DNA of 64,000 nt from the NCBI RefSeq assembly GCF_009834535.1, contig NC_045707.1:56918001-56982000 (forward strand). The letters are read 5' to 3'. The stretch is from Camelus ferus (lineage: Eukaryota). Position 1 is the first letter of the stretch. Every line of letters starts with the position of its first letter. Positions 39,467 to 53,419 of the stretch are shown piece by piece. A model generated the notes under the pieces. That model was not told the DNA's origin. It saw nothing but the letters and a program-made list of their open reading frames with translations, and made no database searches. The translations under genes and the position numbers were made by a program.

Positions 39467-42400
39467 ATACACCCTCCATATATATTTCTGTGATCTAATA
39501 TCACAGTGCCAAAACTGGACTTGAAGGTCTGATCTAAGATTTCTTCACAATGGTTTTTGTTACAGAATTGATCATTCCAAAATAAATCACTGCCAAACCT
39601 TAATTTCAATTTGAAATGTATGCTTCTTCCACCAAAGTTCCTCTTTATCCAACAACATATTCGTCATTTGTAGGGACAGATATTTTAATCTTCAAGGATA
39701 ATATTTCTCTGGCCTTGAAACATCTTTTTTGGGGGAAAAAACTTCTCTTTGATTATTTTTCATACCATTATGAAGAAAAGTAACACTTGAAATTAGAAAT
39801 TAAAAATTCTAGATGGACATAAATATATTTGGAGGGTTATACTACAGCTCTGTAAACAAGCAATCACTATATCTTAGCTTAAAAACTATATGAACAATAG
39901 AATGTAACTAAACAGTGAAAAGTCAGAAAAAGTTCAGCATAGAGCCAAGGCTATCAACTGTGTATATTTAGAGAAAAAATTAAAACCATACTTTTTTCAT
40001 GGCATATTAGACACCTTCAAAAGAACACCAAATTCAGCAAGAAAAATAAAGGTAATTATGACATTCTGCTGGTGCTGCTCAGTAGAACAAAAAGCTACAA
40101 AGCTTGTCAGAGATACTATTTTTTCCTACCAATAGAATTCCAGTTATGTAGACAAGATAAAATATTAAAATTCTTTATACTCTAAAAAGATTACTCCTTT
40201 GAATCCTCACTTTTTTTTTTCCTTATCAAGTTTGGCAAAGATTAGTGCAAGATGAAGCAAATTCATTTCATTTATCTGAGTCCTACCCAAGAATTAAATA
40301 CAAAGAGAACACTTCATTGTCATATAAAATATGAATAAAGCATTCATTATCATAAATATATTGATATTTGCAGCTTCAGTTTTTTCTTTTATAGCATAAA
40401 TTCAAAATACACTCAGGAATTGTTTTTATTTTTTATTTTAGGTTCAGTACTTTCTGGATAATATAATTTCAAGTTGTAAATGCTATTATAAACTTATTGA
40501 TGGGTGATTTTTCATATTGTTTGAAAAGCTTGTTAATTTTTACTTCTCCAGGGCTCAATATAATAAGAATATACATGCTTAACTTTTGGTAAATACAAAA
40601 TAGTTTGGAACTGCTTCTATGATTTTCAGTTTAGCAAAGAAAGGAGGGCATTTAAACTGCAATATAGCCTTGTTTCAGCCATTCCTTACGTGGCTTATAT
40701 GATTCTTTTTGGAACATTTCAGTGTCTCAGCATGTCTTTTAAAATATGGTATCTCAACCTCTTTACTGCAGTCTGAGTGTGATCTGATTAGCGTTGTGTA
40801 TGTTGAGATTAATTTACATTTACACTGTTTCTATATTGCTGTTCTCATCAACTAGGACTTCTAGATTTTTATCAGAACACCCATATTTTATAGCCAGTAT
40901 TTTAGGAAATGGACATAAAACTTTATAGTCATCCCTGTTAAATATTAAGTGCATATACTAAGATCTTTATTGGTATCTGCAGTCCACAATCAGCAGTCCT
41001 CCTCATTTTCATGCCTTTGGGATATTTGCTTTGTCTGCATGTATCCAAGTATTTCTAAAAAAGCATTGCCTTAAGTCATATCATCAAAGATTTCCTTCTG
41101 TGTAGCTCTTGTTCAGTTATTAATCAGCATTAGCTTTATGCATTTTTGTGAGCAATTGGATATTTGTCTAACAGCACTGGCACCTGGCTGCCCATCTGGC
41201 ATACTTATATATCATGAAAGACATATATGATTATCTTTGATATCAAATGTGCATTTATGTATGTATTACTAATATTCAGAGGATTTGAACATAGCTAAGT
41301 ATAATTAATATTAAAACACCACTCAAGCATTTATTCTTTTTTATTCAAGATGTATTTCAGGAGTTAAGTACACCCAGTCACCTGAATATATTTCAGTTAT
41401 AATTATACAACTAAAATAATTGAGATTTTTAAAAATTTCTAATTAGATTCTAAATTCATAGGCTATCATTTGTTTTTTCTTTGTTTGCTAACTAGAAAAT
41501 AACTCCAACTTTAAAATTATTATGTATCTAGGTTTTTAGATATTTTGTGTATTTAACTTATATTCCCAGTTAAATCTCTCAAAAAAAGAAAAGGACTATT
41601 AATTAAAATATACTATTAATGAATTAATAAAACTGAAGTTCACTTTAATAATTTATTTATATAATTATATATTAAAATGCATACTGTAATAATCTCATGG
41701 AAAATCTACTGTTAATTCATAAATAATCTAACACTCACCATGAATTCCATCTTAAGTTGAAGCTATAAATTTTGTTGACTTTTTTAAGGACAATTAAACT
41801 GCTGTAATCATTTATCCCAATTTCTTTCTCTGAACTTTCTTCTTTTGACAAATTTAATATGGAGCTTATCTATAGATCTGAACATATAATAGCTAAAACA
41901 ATTTTAGAAGTTCTAAGAAAACAAAGATCAAAGGAAAACTTCTCTGAGTTTCAATTATGTATGAAACATTTGGAAATCATCATTAATTTCAAACTAAAGG
42001 TGCAGAGTCTTTAGTTCCACAAAATATAATGATTTAACCTTTGGTATCTGAAAAGTAGTTAAGAATTCCAGAGTGATTAAGTACTTTCCAATCCCTCAAT
42101 AACAATGTGGACCTCTAATTCATACAAAATTAATTTTGTGAGCAATGGATCACATTTTTCATATTCTAAGAATCCTTTGCTTTTAGACAAATGAGTTTTG
42201 AAGTTAGATACTAAATGTCAAAGGAAAACTTACATATTATTTTAGAGAAGTAGAAAGTTTTTGCCTGTGTCTCATGCTTAATCAGTGACTATTTTTCAGA
42301 TGAATTCATAGCAAACTTTTGAACTTTGCCTCCACTTACTATGAATCAGAATTCAGATCTTCAGCCCCCTTGGAAACTCTGTCATTGAAGCACTAGAAGG

Positions 42401-42596
42401 ACTTGCTTACAAGAAAATCCCTTGATACAATGATACTATGAGGTGACAATGTAGTCCTAGTATTCCTGAGCACTTAGGGCTGTAAATACTTTAATAATTT
42501 GCCAAATGTGACCACTTTTGATAATGTTAATGGATTCAGCACAGTTTAATATGTATGGGATGTACATTACTGCACATATTTTGATTTTTCTTCTAG

Positions 42597-42671
42597 GTAA
42601 GGGAGCGACTGAGGGTTTCTTTAGAAAGAGTCTCTGCACTGGAAGAAGAACTAGCTGCTGCTAATCAGGAG
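42597..42671 (+). CDS. PPFIA2: PPFIA2 internal coding exon, 75 nt, phase 0-0: VRERLRVSLERVSALEEELAAANQE
   Basis: Acceptor ttttgatttttcttctag|GTA and donor GAG|gtaaca. Continues the frame of the previous exon, and VSLERVSALEEELAAANQE is the PPFIA2 version. Confidence 0.95.
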
Positions 42672-42859
42672 GTAACATACCAAACTTTCTCCTCTTTTGA
42701 GGTGCAATATCGCTAACATTCTATCCCTTGTGTTTCACGTCACTTTTATTAGAACTGTCACAAAAAATAAACTACATTCTGTACATGCCCTGAACAAGGA
42801 CTGTTGAAACTAGTTGCCAGAGTCATGTTTTCTGATTCCTAGTGATTCAGAACTGAAAT

Positions 42860-42903
42860 GAGATGAAAGGAAAATCATCCAGAGATGAAAGGAAAATCAT
42901 CCA
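42860..42903. repeat. Perfect 22-bp tandem duplication (gagatgaaaggaaaatcatcca x2)
   Basis: Identical units at 42860-42881 and 42882-42903. Confidence 0.95.
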
Positions 42904-43294
42904 GAGCTAATAACATGAGAGTTAGGGAGATGGGAGACATAGAAAGACTGCAGTCAGAATGCCAGTCCTTGTGAGAAGTAAAACACAGCCCCCAAACTGG
43001 AAAACATGTCAAATATCTGTTATATCTACAAAGTGTTGAAATGAAGTTAACTCATTTGAGATATAAATATATTTCCCTTAGGTCCTTATTTTTCTTGTCT
43101 TCTAAAAAAGCATTGTGTCTGTGATTAGTGGCATCATTGAATCTACTCTTTTGCTCTCATTCATGACTCTAAGGAAGTATTTTATAATCATCTATGATAT
43201 TTAAAGAGTTGCTTTCTTCTCTATAAGATTTTACTTTTTCGTTATTTGTATATACATGAACTTGGGTCATTAGACTTGATAGAGATAAATGATA

Positions 43295-43344
43295 TAGATA
43301 GATAGACAGACAGACAGACAGACCGATCAATCGATCGATCGATC
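43295..43344. repeat. Compound tetranucleotide repeat GATA/GACA/GATC
   Basis: tagatagatagacagacagacagacagaccgatcaatcgatcgatcgatc. Confidence 0.9.
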
Positions 43345-43861
43345 TCAAATTAAATGTGTTTAGGCCACTAAACTAGCCTTTTCTCTCTCTTTCCTTTTCT
43401 CTGACAGTTATTTACAAGGCTACCTTTTTTCCAGAAGTTTATCCCAGGAATGTAATTACAGATATTATTTGTAGAGGACATACTAAAACTATTTAGCAAA
43501 ATCTTCCTACTTTTAAATAATTAAGGAAGTGGGAGGCTAAAGTCATTAATTATAAGTCTTACCAAAGGGATTCTTAACAAAATAATACCTACATTTACAT
43601 TTCACACACAAATACGCATTCTCAACCATGCTAAAAAATGTTATCTAGTGCAAAATCCCTTGTGTTTTAAAATAAGGTAGGCCAATTTAATGAGTCAGAT
43701 AAGCTAGATAATGCTTTTGTTTGTTCCAGGTTTAACAATTTAAACTTTAGAAATAATGGACTTTTAACAACAGGAAGAATGGGTTTCATGTGAATTAAAG
43801 GCTAGCAGTGTTAAAAGCATTCATCACAATACAGCAGTTTAAAAAGAGAGAAAGTTTAGAT

Positions 43862-43991
43862 GGGGAGGGTATAGCTCAGTGGTAGAGTGCAGCACTTAGC
43901 ATGCAGGAGGTCCTGGGTTCAGTTCCTAGTACCTCTATTAAAATAAATAAATGAACCTAATAATCTTTCTCCCCCTACCCTGCCAAAAAAA
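43862..43991 (+). mobile_element. tRNA-derived SINE, camelid Vic-1-like
   Basis: ggggagggtatagctcagtggtagagtgcagcacttagcatgcaggaggtcctgggttcagttcctagtacctc, then attaaaataaataaatgaacctaa, a C-rich stretch and an A tail. Confidence 0.9.
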
Positions 43992-46900
43992 GAGAGAGAC
44001 AGAGAGACAAAGCTTTTTTGGTGACCAAATCAGTTTAGCAAACGGGATGGCTTAAAAACAAATTAAATGGAAATAAGAAATTGGTAGATTGGTACATCTC
44101 AGTCATCACAGAAGAGAAAAACTGCTGAGATAATGAGTATTGACAAGGAGGACTCAGTTCTTTCATGAAAGAGAACAGATAAATTATCTACAGAGTGGAT
44201 ATGCTTATTCCTGGAATGTTCAGGAAGAAAAACATTAAATGTTGGTTCATTTTGTATTTGTCATTGTTAATTTTGATCTTCCCGGATGTTTACATTGCTT
44301 TTGAGTGCATCTCTTGAAATACGTTATTGCTAAAGATAAACAGAAGGTTTGGTGACCACTAATATAAAAACCTCGCTTAATATGGCAGTGATGAAGTTTC
44401 TATTTGTCATGAACAAAAGTGTCGAGACCCCTTGGCTAAAGTGCTGAAATAAAAATGTTCCATAAGGTTAAGTGAGGCTCTGAAAATTTGCTCCAGAAAC
44501 AGCAACTAAAGAATTCAATTCAACTTAAAATGTGGAAACAAACTGGAGAACAAAAGTGGAGGAAAGATTTTTGACTGTTGTCTTTAATATAGTTTAGCCC
44601 TCAAATATTAGTGTAGTCCCTAGTAGGCAGTATGGTACATTTCACTGCTTCTACATAGATTAAATAAATTTTGAATCATTAACATGAGTGCAGCTACTGC
44701 AGCCTTTCTGAATGCTTTCAGTTATCTTTTAAATCACTGTATAAAAGTAAGCATATATTAACTTTAATATATTTTGTTGTTGTTGATTATAATAAATTCC
44801 CATGTGGCTTAACCCAAATCTCTATTTAGGAAATCAAAAATCCAGCAAAAAAACTTAAAAAAAAAAAAAACCCCAAAGTTAACCTGAGCTTTCTAATAAT
44901 AAATTGTTTATAAATAATTAGTGACTTTTTAAAAAGAGAGTACATAGGCAGAAGTTAACTTTTCCTTCATAATGAAATTTGTATTTCAAAATGAATTATA
45001 AGAAAAATCAGAAGACACCTGCAGTTTGAGTTGATTCTCTACAGTAACAGCAATTGTTACAAGAAATCTCTGTCATCTTGTACTGATGATAACAAGATAC
45101 ATTTAGAATCCTGACAAAATAAGTTTAGAAAAGTTCATACCATTTGCAGCTTTAGAAAGGGAACTAGATAGAATGTGGATCATAGAGGAAGTAACTGAAG
45201 AAAACATTTTAGAAAATAAAGAGCAAATTTTGGGAGAAAAAAATGATAATGATTTAAGAGCACATTCTTAAGAACCAAACCAAAATATGTAATATAGACA
45301 AAAACAATTCAGTACCAGCAAAAGTCCTGCATATGTGTATTTAAGCAAAGGGTTGTGGAAAATTTTATTTCATGGTTCACATTTTAAATTAAAGTTAAAA
45401 TGTATTCATGTATCATGTAAAATGTATCAAATCTACTTGTTTCCTGAATTTGTATAGCAAATGTGGAGGTGAGGGATCCACATTGTCAGAAGCAGTTTGA
45501 TTCCTGAATTTCTGCTAGTGGTAATGATAGTTCAGACACTAAGGAATTTATTCAGACATTTTTCTGAATTATTTCAGTTTCCAGATTCATAAAGGAGTAA
45601 TCAGAAAGCAGGAGTTCTGGACTGCAAGTAATACCTTGATATATTCATCCATACATATATATACATCTATATATATGTGTGTGTGCATATATAGAGAGGA
45701 AAGATGATCCAGTAGAGTTTATTCTACCATAAGTATACTATTTAATAGAGTTTATTCTATCATCTATGTATCATTGTTCTCTTTCTGTCTCCCTCTATCT
45801 CCATCTCCATCTCTGTCTCCCTGTATCTCTCTCACCCCTTATCCTGCTCTCACACACAGTTTTGGAGTTATCACCCTTTAACACTTTTGTATATAAAAGC
45901 TCTCCCAGGGAGACTTCATCCATTTCTCACCCATCCAAAGCTTCTACCATGACTTCTGTGAAAAAGAAACCAAATCTCTAGCTCAGAGTTTGTGCTCTTT
46001 TCTGAACTCCACAAACGATTTTAAACATTGGGCTTTGCTAATGGTCGTACAGATTGTTCTCTGTCACAGGTGTCCAGCAGGGGTTAATCGAGGATTAAAC
46101 TCCAGTTTAGAGTCTGATAATGAAGACCTGCATTAAAGGGACATTAACCTCCTACAGGGGCCAATTTTTTTCATTTACAAGAAGACACCATATGTGCTGA
46201 TGGGCCTGGATGTCCACCTAGTTTTCCCGAGGGTCCCCTTAGATTCTCCATGGCACATAAATGCAGTGAAATAGACAGCCTTATTAAAAAGAATATGAGA
46301 TAACTGTTCAGTTCAGGAGAAGATCCAAAACGTTGTACTATACAAAAAAAATGAAGTTGCATAGAATGCTCCCAATCTTGCACAAATACAAATAATAATA
46401 ATACTTTATTCTGGGACTAGGAAAAAAAAATTTAGGTATAAATGCCAAACTGTTATTATTACTTGTCTTTGATGTGCAAGTATATGCACTATATATTTCA
46501 GTAGTGTTTGATTTTAAAAAATTTCATTATATTTATAAACAAATGAAATAATAAAGATATTTTAGAGTCAGATGCCATTTTTCATATTAGATTATTCTAT
46601 TGGTTACTTAATAATCACAACAGCTAATATTTACTCAGTACTTAAAATCTCTAGGCTCCAGGCTAAATATACATCTGTCTGCTGATTAATACTGAAAGTT
46701 AGGTATTACTATTATTTTACAAGTGAGCCCAGAGAAGTTATTTCTCCTAAAATACCACTGTCCTCTCCTACTTGAAAATGTGATTATCTTTGAATTTGTC
46801 TTAACTCTCTACATTCAGGTGGTTGCAATGCATACGTTTAACTATGTCCACAGTCTACCCTACGTGTATTTACTCTCATCTTTTCTCTTATACATTAAAA

Positions 46901-48639
46901 CCACCATAGTTCAGATCTTCACTATTCTCAACTGAGATATTATCATAGGTTTTCTGCTATATAATTCTTCAAGGTTAAGCCTGCTAAGCAAGGCTCTAAT
47001 TGTATTAATTATTTTAAATAATATTTTCTGATATGTAATGTAATATATACCATATTAATATATGGTATATATAACACAATGATATAATTTATATATGCTA
47101 GTAACATAATTATATTTATTACTAGACCTGTAATATACTATTGAGGACCTCTTCAGTAGTCCTAACCTAAAAATCATCTTTAATTCCCATTACTCCTACT
47201 GCCCTAAGTCATTCGAAGTTCTTGTTAAATTATAGTATTCATTGTTTTTGAAAGGAGCAACATTTTTCCTGACTCAAATCTTACTTACGCTAATTTCTCT
47301 CTTGGAATGCCTCTACAACCTCAATTCACCCTTTGAAAACATTCTTTCTCATTTAAACTCAAGTTCAGACATCACCTTTTTAATGAAATCTTTTATGATT
47401 ATTATTAGAAGTTATTGCTTCTTAGTTTAAATTACTTAATCGCATTGCTTCAGCATTTAATATGACTGTTCAACAAGTATTAGAGTTAATTATATACCCA
47501 TCTAAGCCTAGATTAAGTTCCCTGAGAAAGTGGACTATGTCTGGCTCACTTGTGTTTAACTCAGTACAGTGATATGAGCGTTGTGATCAATGCATGTCTG
47601 TCAAATTGCATTGTATAGAGTTCATTCTATACAGTGTTTTCACATTGTTCCTTGGCTAGTCCCTTAATAGATAGTCTGAACAACCTTAGGTATGCTCAAT
47701 AAACAGCAATACATTGATTAGATGCGTTAAATTATCAGAATGTTTGTTCTTTCAAAATATAATTATTGAGCAGAAAATTCTGTCTCTGACAGGAAAAAAT
47801 AATAAAAAACAAAATGATAGGTGAAATATTATGCATAATGTTTATGTAGTTTGTCCTCTAGTGATGGAGGCAGACATATAAACATATAAGTAAGATGTAA
47901 TTTAGTGCAAAACTAAGTAAGTACAAAACAGGGACCCAAACAAAGTGCAAAAGAGCAGAGAAGAAGGGTCTTTATTCTGAACCAAAGGGTCAGAGAAGGC
48001 TTCGCCATTCTCTTTGCCCTTCGAAGGAAAAGGGTGATTTGGTTTCAAAACTGTAGGGAAACATTCTGGGCTGAGCAAACACTATGATTTAAAAAAACAA
48101 AAACAAAAACTGAAATTGCCTGTTTCAAAAATAATTGATGATATTGTATTGGTAAGAATCAAGATGTGAAAAGATGTAGAAGAGGAAGATAGAGAGAGGT
48201 TGAAAGGACTCAGGTTCTTGACAACCCTGAATACCATGCTCAGAATTTGGAATTTATGAAATGAGAAAGTACTGAAGGTACAGTTTTGTTTTGTTTTGTT
48301 TTTAGGTTTTGAGTTTTGTTTTGGTGAATTGAAAACCACTGAAAATATGTTTTTTTTTCCTTTTTGTAAAGTGTGGGGTTAGGATAGAGTAGAGCTGGAA
48401 AGTCGACCGATATGGCTAGCTAACATAATAATCTGATATGTGATTCTGATCATGACACATCAATTCAACAAACATTTATTGAGCATTTTCTGTTTCCCAG
48501 TCATTGCATTAAGTACTGGGTATAAATATGTTAATAAAACTCAGACATTCATAAAGTAGTAGTTTTTCTCTCAAGTCTCTTATAGGAAACAGACATGGTA
48601 AAAAGTAACCATAATGGGAAGTTATTATTTAATTGATCC

Positions 48640-48790
48640 AGAGTTTATGGGAAGATGAAAAAAATTCTGAAGATGGATGGCAGTAATGGTTACATAACAA
48701 TGTGAATGTACTTATTGCCCCTTAACTGTACATTTAAAAATGGTTAAGATGTAAATTTTATGTTATACACCTTTTACCACAATGAATGAA
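48640..48790 (+). mobile_element. Short L1MB-like 3' end
   Basis: gatgaaaaaaattctgaagatggatgg...acaatgtgaatgtactta...aaaaatggttaagatg. Confidence 0.7.
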
Positions 48791-48880
48791 AAAAGTATAA
48801 GTTTTAGTAGTATTATAAAAGAGAGTAATTAATTGTATAGGCATGAATGAGGAAAAGTAGATGGTGTTACAAAATCTTAG

Positions 48881-49377
48881 AGAAATCCTGCCATTTGCAA
48901 CAACATGAATGAAGATGAACTTTGAGGGCATTATACTAAGTGAAATAGGTTAGACAGAGAAAGACAAATACTGTATGATCTTATTTACATTCAGAATCTA
49001 AAAATGTCAAACTCACAGAAACAGAGTGTATTCATGGTTGCCAGAGGCTGGGGAGAGGTGGGGAGTTGGGGAAGATGGGAAGATGTTTGTCAAAGAATGT
49101 AAACTTTCTGTTATAAAGTAAGATTAGGGCATCTAATGTACAGTGTGGTGACTATGATTAACAATACTGTATAGTATACTATACTTGAAATTTTACTTTG
49201 AGAGTAGGTCATATGCGTTCCCACCACACAAAAAACCTCGTTAACTATGTGAGGTAATAGATATGATAGCTAACCTTATTGTGGTAATCATTTCATAATA
49301 TATACATATACATTCACATTGTATACCTTAAGCTTACACATGTTATTTGTCAATTTTACCTCAATAAAGCTAGAAAA
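48881..49377 (+). mobile_element. LINE-1 3' end (L1MA-like)
   Basis: gaaatcctgccatttgcaacaacatg...gacagagaaagacaaatactgtatgatc...tcaataaagctagaaaa. Confidence 0.85.
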
Positions 49378-50579
49378 GATAGTTTAAAATCTTCCTAGGG
49401 AAAAAGAAAATTACCTAAAATTTGATGGGTGACTACAAAGATCTTAAGAGGTGGATTTGGAGGAAGAAAAGGGAAGCAGGCAGTGGTAGAGATGGAGACA
49501 AGGCTTCAGGGAAAGGCAGGTCTGAGTCAGGGATGGCCAGGAGCCTGAACTTCATCCTATATACAATGGTGAGTCAGCAAAGATTTCTTAAAAGGGAAGA
49601 GATATAGTCAGATTTTTAATTTTGCAGACCACTGGCACCTCCAAAAGTTAAAGGTAAATGATATTTTTGTCCAAAAGTTAAAGACAAAATGATATTTTTG
49701 ATGTGATATGATATATCATGATAGTCAAGGTACCGTGTTTCTAGTTCAGATTTGTGAAAAATCAAGTTTCTTGAAACAAACATGGGACTAGTGTCGCAAA
49801 ATGCAGAGCTCTGTAGAACAGAGGCATTACCCAGTCTGGCATTTCTTATGTTCTTTAGTAATGAAAAATATAGATATAAATGAAAGAATCAAAATAATGT
49901 TGTCAATAAATAAATATACATAATGAAAAATTTGCTGTCATTTTATGCCTCTTTGAATAGCTCCCCACAGGCAGATTATATTGTTAACATTAAATACATT
50001 TTCCAGGACATTGTTATAAAAAAGTGAATTCAGCATATTTAGACACAGAAAATACAATAAAGTCTTTATTTCTTGCAGAATATTTTTGTTACTGCTTAAA
50101 ACTGGAAAACCACAAAAAAAGTACAGTAAAGGGATGTGCAAAGAGGAATAGATTACATCCTAACAATATGTTCTCCTTTAGCAGAAGCCCATATACTTTT
50201 TACATTATTTAATTAAACCAGACAAAATGGATTATTCAGGAGCTACAGTAAAAATTCAATTGACAGACTAGTTTTCAGTGAATACACAGGTGTGCTTATT
50301 TTAAAAGCTTTTCACATGATTGCATTATAAATAAAAAGAACTGGCACATTTAGATGAACTATATTTTTTATGTTGCTTTCATTCTATGTTTATTCCAACT
50401 ACTGAATTTATCAACTTTCAATTAGAATTTTCTTAAGGAAATTAGCATTTCATGTTACTTCATCTAAAACCAGCCTTATTCCTGAAGTCTAATTTCCTAA
50501 GAAAAAAATTAAAGAACATTTATAGGCAAATCAGTTGTTATTAATATTCAGAAGAATATTGGGTCAGAATGATGAGAGG

Positions 50580-51420
50580 AGCTAGAGGTAGCAAATTCAT
50601 ATTTGGGGGTCTTATAAGACCTTGCAACATGACCATTGCTTTAAATACATTATGCATTTAATCATCACAGCCATCCTTTGGGTTGGGTTAAGAACTAGTA
50701 CTTTGTGGAATCCATGGAAATGTGGAAAAGATAGATACAGGCAAAGGTGGAACCCTACCCCCAAAAAGCAAGTAAAAGGCTGAGAAGGAGCAAAGGGAGA
50801 TGTGAGACTCCTGTGAGTTAAGAGTCCTTGAAGCAAAAAAATGATAATAGAGGTAGAGATGGAGATGGAAAGCGGGAGAGGAGGAGGCAGAGGATGAGAG
50901 AGGGAGAGAGAGAAAGTTATAAGTGTAAGGACTGGATGTGGTTAATAGTGTCAAATGTTTCATGAAGGCATGTAGGATTATGTCTAGTATGAGGTGATGA
51001 GATTTACAATTAGAAGCTCCCTGAAAATATTTGCAAAGACAGTTTATTGAAACAATAAACTATAATGACAGGAGTATAGCTGTGATGGAAAGAATTTGAA
51101 TCAATTAGAAGTCTAAAAGGGGGAGACAGTAAGTAATACTCCTTTGAGAAGTTTGGCAATGAAGGGGAGATGAGGCTAAAAGCTAAACAAGTTGGCAATA
51201 TTGAGAGACAGCCTATTGGAAATGCTTATAGCCAATGCAGAGAAAGAAGAAGCAAAGGAGAAGGGATCATTTTGATGGGCAACACAGAAGAGGATAATGC
51301 CAAGTAGTAGAACTCCTTCTGCTGAGAAATGCAGGAAGGGGAAGGGAATGTGTAGAGATGAATGAAGATTTGATTTGGAAAGGAAAGAAGAGATAGGAAT
51401 TATATCAGGGTCTTCCCAAG
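50580..51420 (-). mobile_element. Decayed LINE-2-like purine-rich segment
   Basis: agtgtcaaatg...ggagacagtaag...actcctttgagaagtttggc. Confidence 0.45.
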
Positions 51421-53419
51421 GAAACGGGTTATCTGCTAAGGGAAGTGAGAACAGAATAACTTCTAACAGTTTAGGAAGACTGAAAATAAAGTAATGGAGA
51501 ATATGGCAAAGAGCCAATAAGACTAAGCAAGGCTTTTTTAGTGTGGGATGGTAGACCCAGAGGAAGTTCTCATTAAGTTACCCCAGAAAATTAAATAAAG
51601 CACTTATGAACTGAAACTATGTGGATTCACCAAGATATTTCATTATCTAAATCTATGAAGTTCTGTTATTCACCATAATTTAAAAGGAAGAGCTATAAAT
51701 ATGAAAGTAACAACTAACTTTGACCCAGAGGTGAAATGTTTCCCTGAAATTTGACGTGGATAAAAGTCAGGAAGCTTCTATAATCTCAGTTACATTTAAC
51801 TAGTTAGAAGGAAATTTGATAGTTGAAGATGAACCAGAAAAACATGTGGAAAGTGGAAAAGTTGTTGAGTAGTACTTACTAGAAAAATTTGCCTTGGGGG
51901 AACTAATAGCAATATTCATGTAAAGTTATAGGATAACTTATTTGCAGAATTAATGAAATGACCAAGTAATTTTTCTCTTCAAATAAAAACTGTCCAGATA
52001 CAGAAAAAGACACCACTAAAAAAGTTCTTGAATTTAATTATTACAGAATCCTAAAACTGATAACTATTTAATTTAATAGACCCTTTGCCAATTACTCATT
52101 TTTTGTTCTTTTAATTCTCTTTCCCAGTTCTATGAGATAAAAGCAGAGTGTCTCTCACTGCTTTTATAAAAATGTTTGATCTTACAACAGCTTTCTTTTC
52201 CTGCATGTTTATATGTACCACATATCCTAATTCAGCTTATTAGTTTATTTTCATCATTAGTAAATGAATGAAACTATTTTCATTATTAGTAAATTCCATG
52301 ACCAACTTTGAATTAACATTCCAACAGAAAGTAAAATACAGCTCTCGTGTTTTATTAGCATTTGAAGCAAGTCACATGGCTAAACTTATCAGAAAATAGT
52401 ATTTTTTAAATGACAACAGTGTTTGCATAAAGCAGTGGCATCCTTGCAGCTTCTAACTTAAATCTCTTGGAGACAATCTAAAATTCTCTGACATGATGTT
52501 CTTAGCTTGGCTGAAAACTGTTCCGAGTTTCCAGTAAACCCAGTCATTAAGAACCCACTCTTCCTGTTGGAATTGTATCAGTTTTGGTTAGAAAGTTGTA
52601 TAGTTTTTAATTGATTTTACTTCATAGAAGAGTTTAATTGTAGTTGAAGGATGTCCTTTTTTGCTTTATATTGATAAGCTCAAAGTTTCAGCATTGTCAA
52701 ACCCATAGTTATTCACAAAAGCCTCCAATTCCTTATTATACCTCTAGAATTTCCTTTACGATGATACGCGTTATAAAGATAAGTATAGAAACTGTAAATT
52801 ACTCGTTATTATCACCAATAAAAAAGTCTTTTTTGCCGTTGATAATTGTACTGTTCCAGTACAAAGAATCTTTCCCAAATGGAAGGAAATCAATATGTCT
52901 TACAACGGCATATGCTAAAACCCAACAATGAAAAAGAGCTAAAGAAATTGCTGTTTGCTACTTCCACTATTTTTATCATTTCCAAGACCTGTGTGAAGCA
53001 GTTGTTTAAAATATAGTTTAAAATTGTCTCCTGTTGTGTATGAAATGTTTGAAATCTGTTTGCAAATCTTTACAGACTCTTTCTTGTTTTGGTTAGAATT
53101 TTTTCTTTGACGAAAGTATAAGATTTGTTTTTCTTGTAATAGGAGGCTTGGTTGTTTTACCTTTGCACTTGGAGATTATGAACCGGTTTTTTTCTCTTTC
53201 TACTAATAGCAAGATTATGCTTTATAGTAATATTTTGATAATAAGCATCATAAATTGACCCATATCATTTTACCCATGTGTTTACTAGAGTATTCTCATT
53301 AATTTTAAAGTTAAAAATTTGAGAAAGATTACTTATCTTTTCAAAAAATTAAATGGAATACTGAGATTTAGCAAGGCACATAGTAAAGAAAAAGGAGTAT
53401 TAAATTCAAGTCAAAAGAT

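Noticed and set aside
42860..42906. CRISPR-like repeat array or other prokaryotic system
   Set aside because: The repeats are adjacent with no spacers, there are no cas-like or operonic ORFs, and the DNA is clearly mammalian intron.
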